Below, piece by piece: positions 62,600 through 64,000 of a stretch of DNA of 64,000 bases. The notes beneath the pieces are model-generated. The model had not been told where the DNA came from, did not search any database, and saw nothing but the letters and a program-made list of their open reading frames with translations. Every line of letters begins with the position of its first letter. Positions within the stretch are counted from its first letter, which is position 1. A program made the position numbers and the translations under genes. Source of the DNA: the human T2T-CHM13v2.0 reference genome, Homo sapiens; the NCBI RefSeq assembly GCF_009914755.1, contig NC_060940.1; one strand, written 5' to 3'.

Positions 62600-64000
<1,401 letters not shown>

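Overview
Primate (very probably human chr16p12) genomic DNA, Alu-dense, with no prokaryotic features. The only intact protein-coding gene is the 5' part of LCMT1 (PP2A leucine carboxyl methyltransferase 1, + strand): CpG-island promoter at about 33.0-33.7 kb and coding exons 1-4 (113, 92, 122 and 77 nt), with a non-canonical GC-AG intron 2. Upstream lie several fossils the ORF track does not explain: (i) an intronless, internally deleted TRIP11/GMAP-210 retrocopy with a 615-codon open frame that one extra A separates from its GRAB-domain ORF; (ii) a second CpG island at about 28.2-28.9 kb carrying a decayed copy of ARHGAP17 coding exon 1 on the minus strand; (iii) an inverted, unprocessed copy of LCMT1 exon 4 plus flanking intron at about 7.7-8.6 kb, disrupted by an Alu; (iv) a triplicated promoter segment. 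Inside LCMT1 are a near-perfect 231/232-bp inverted repeat 110 nt after the GC donor, an Alu-L1 chimeric insertion, and an antisense ERV env/LTR remnant in intron 4. Gene identifications rest on my recall of the human proteins; no database search was run. Repeat subfamily names and boundaries are approximate.
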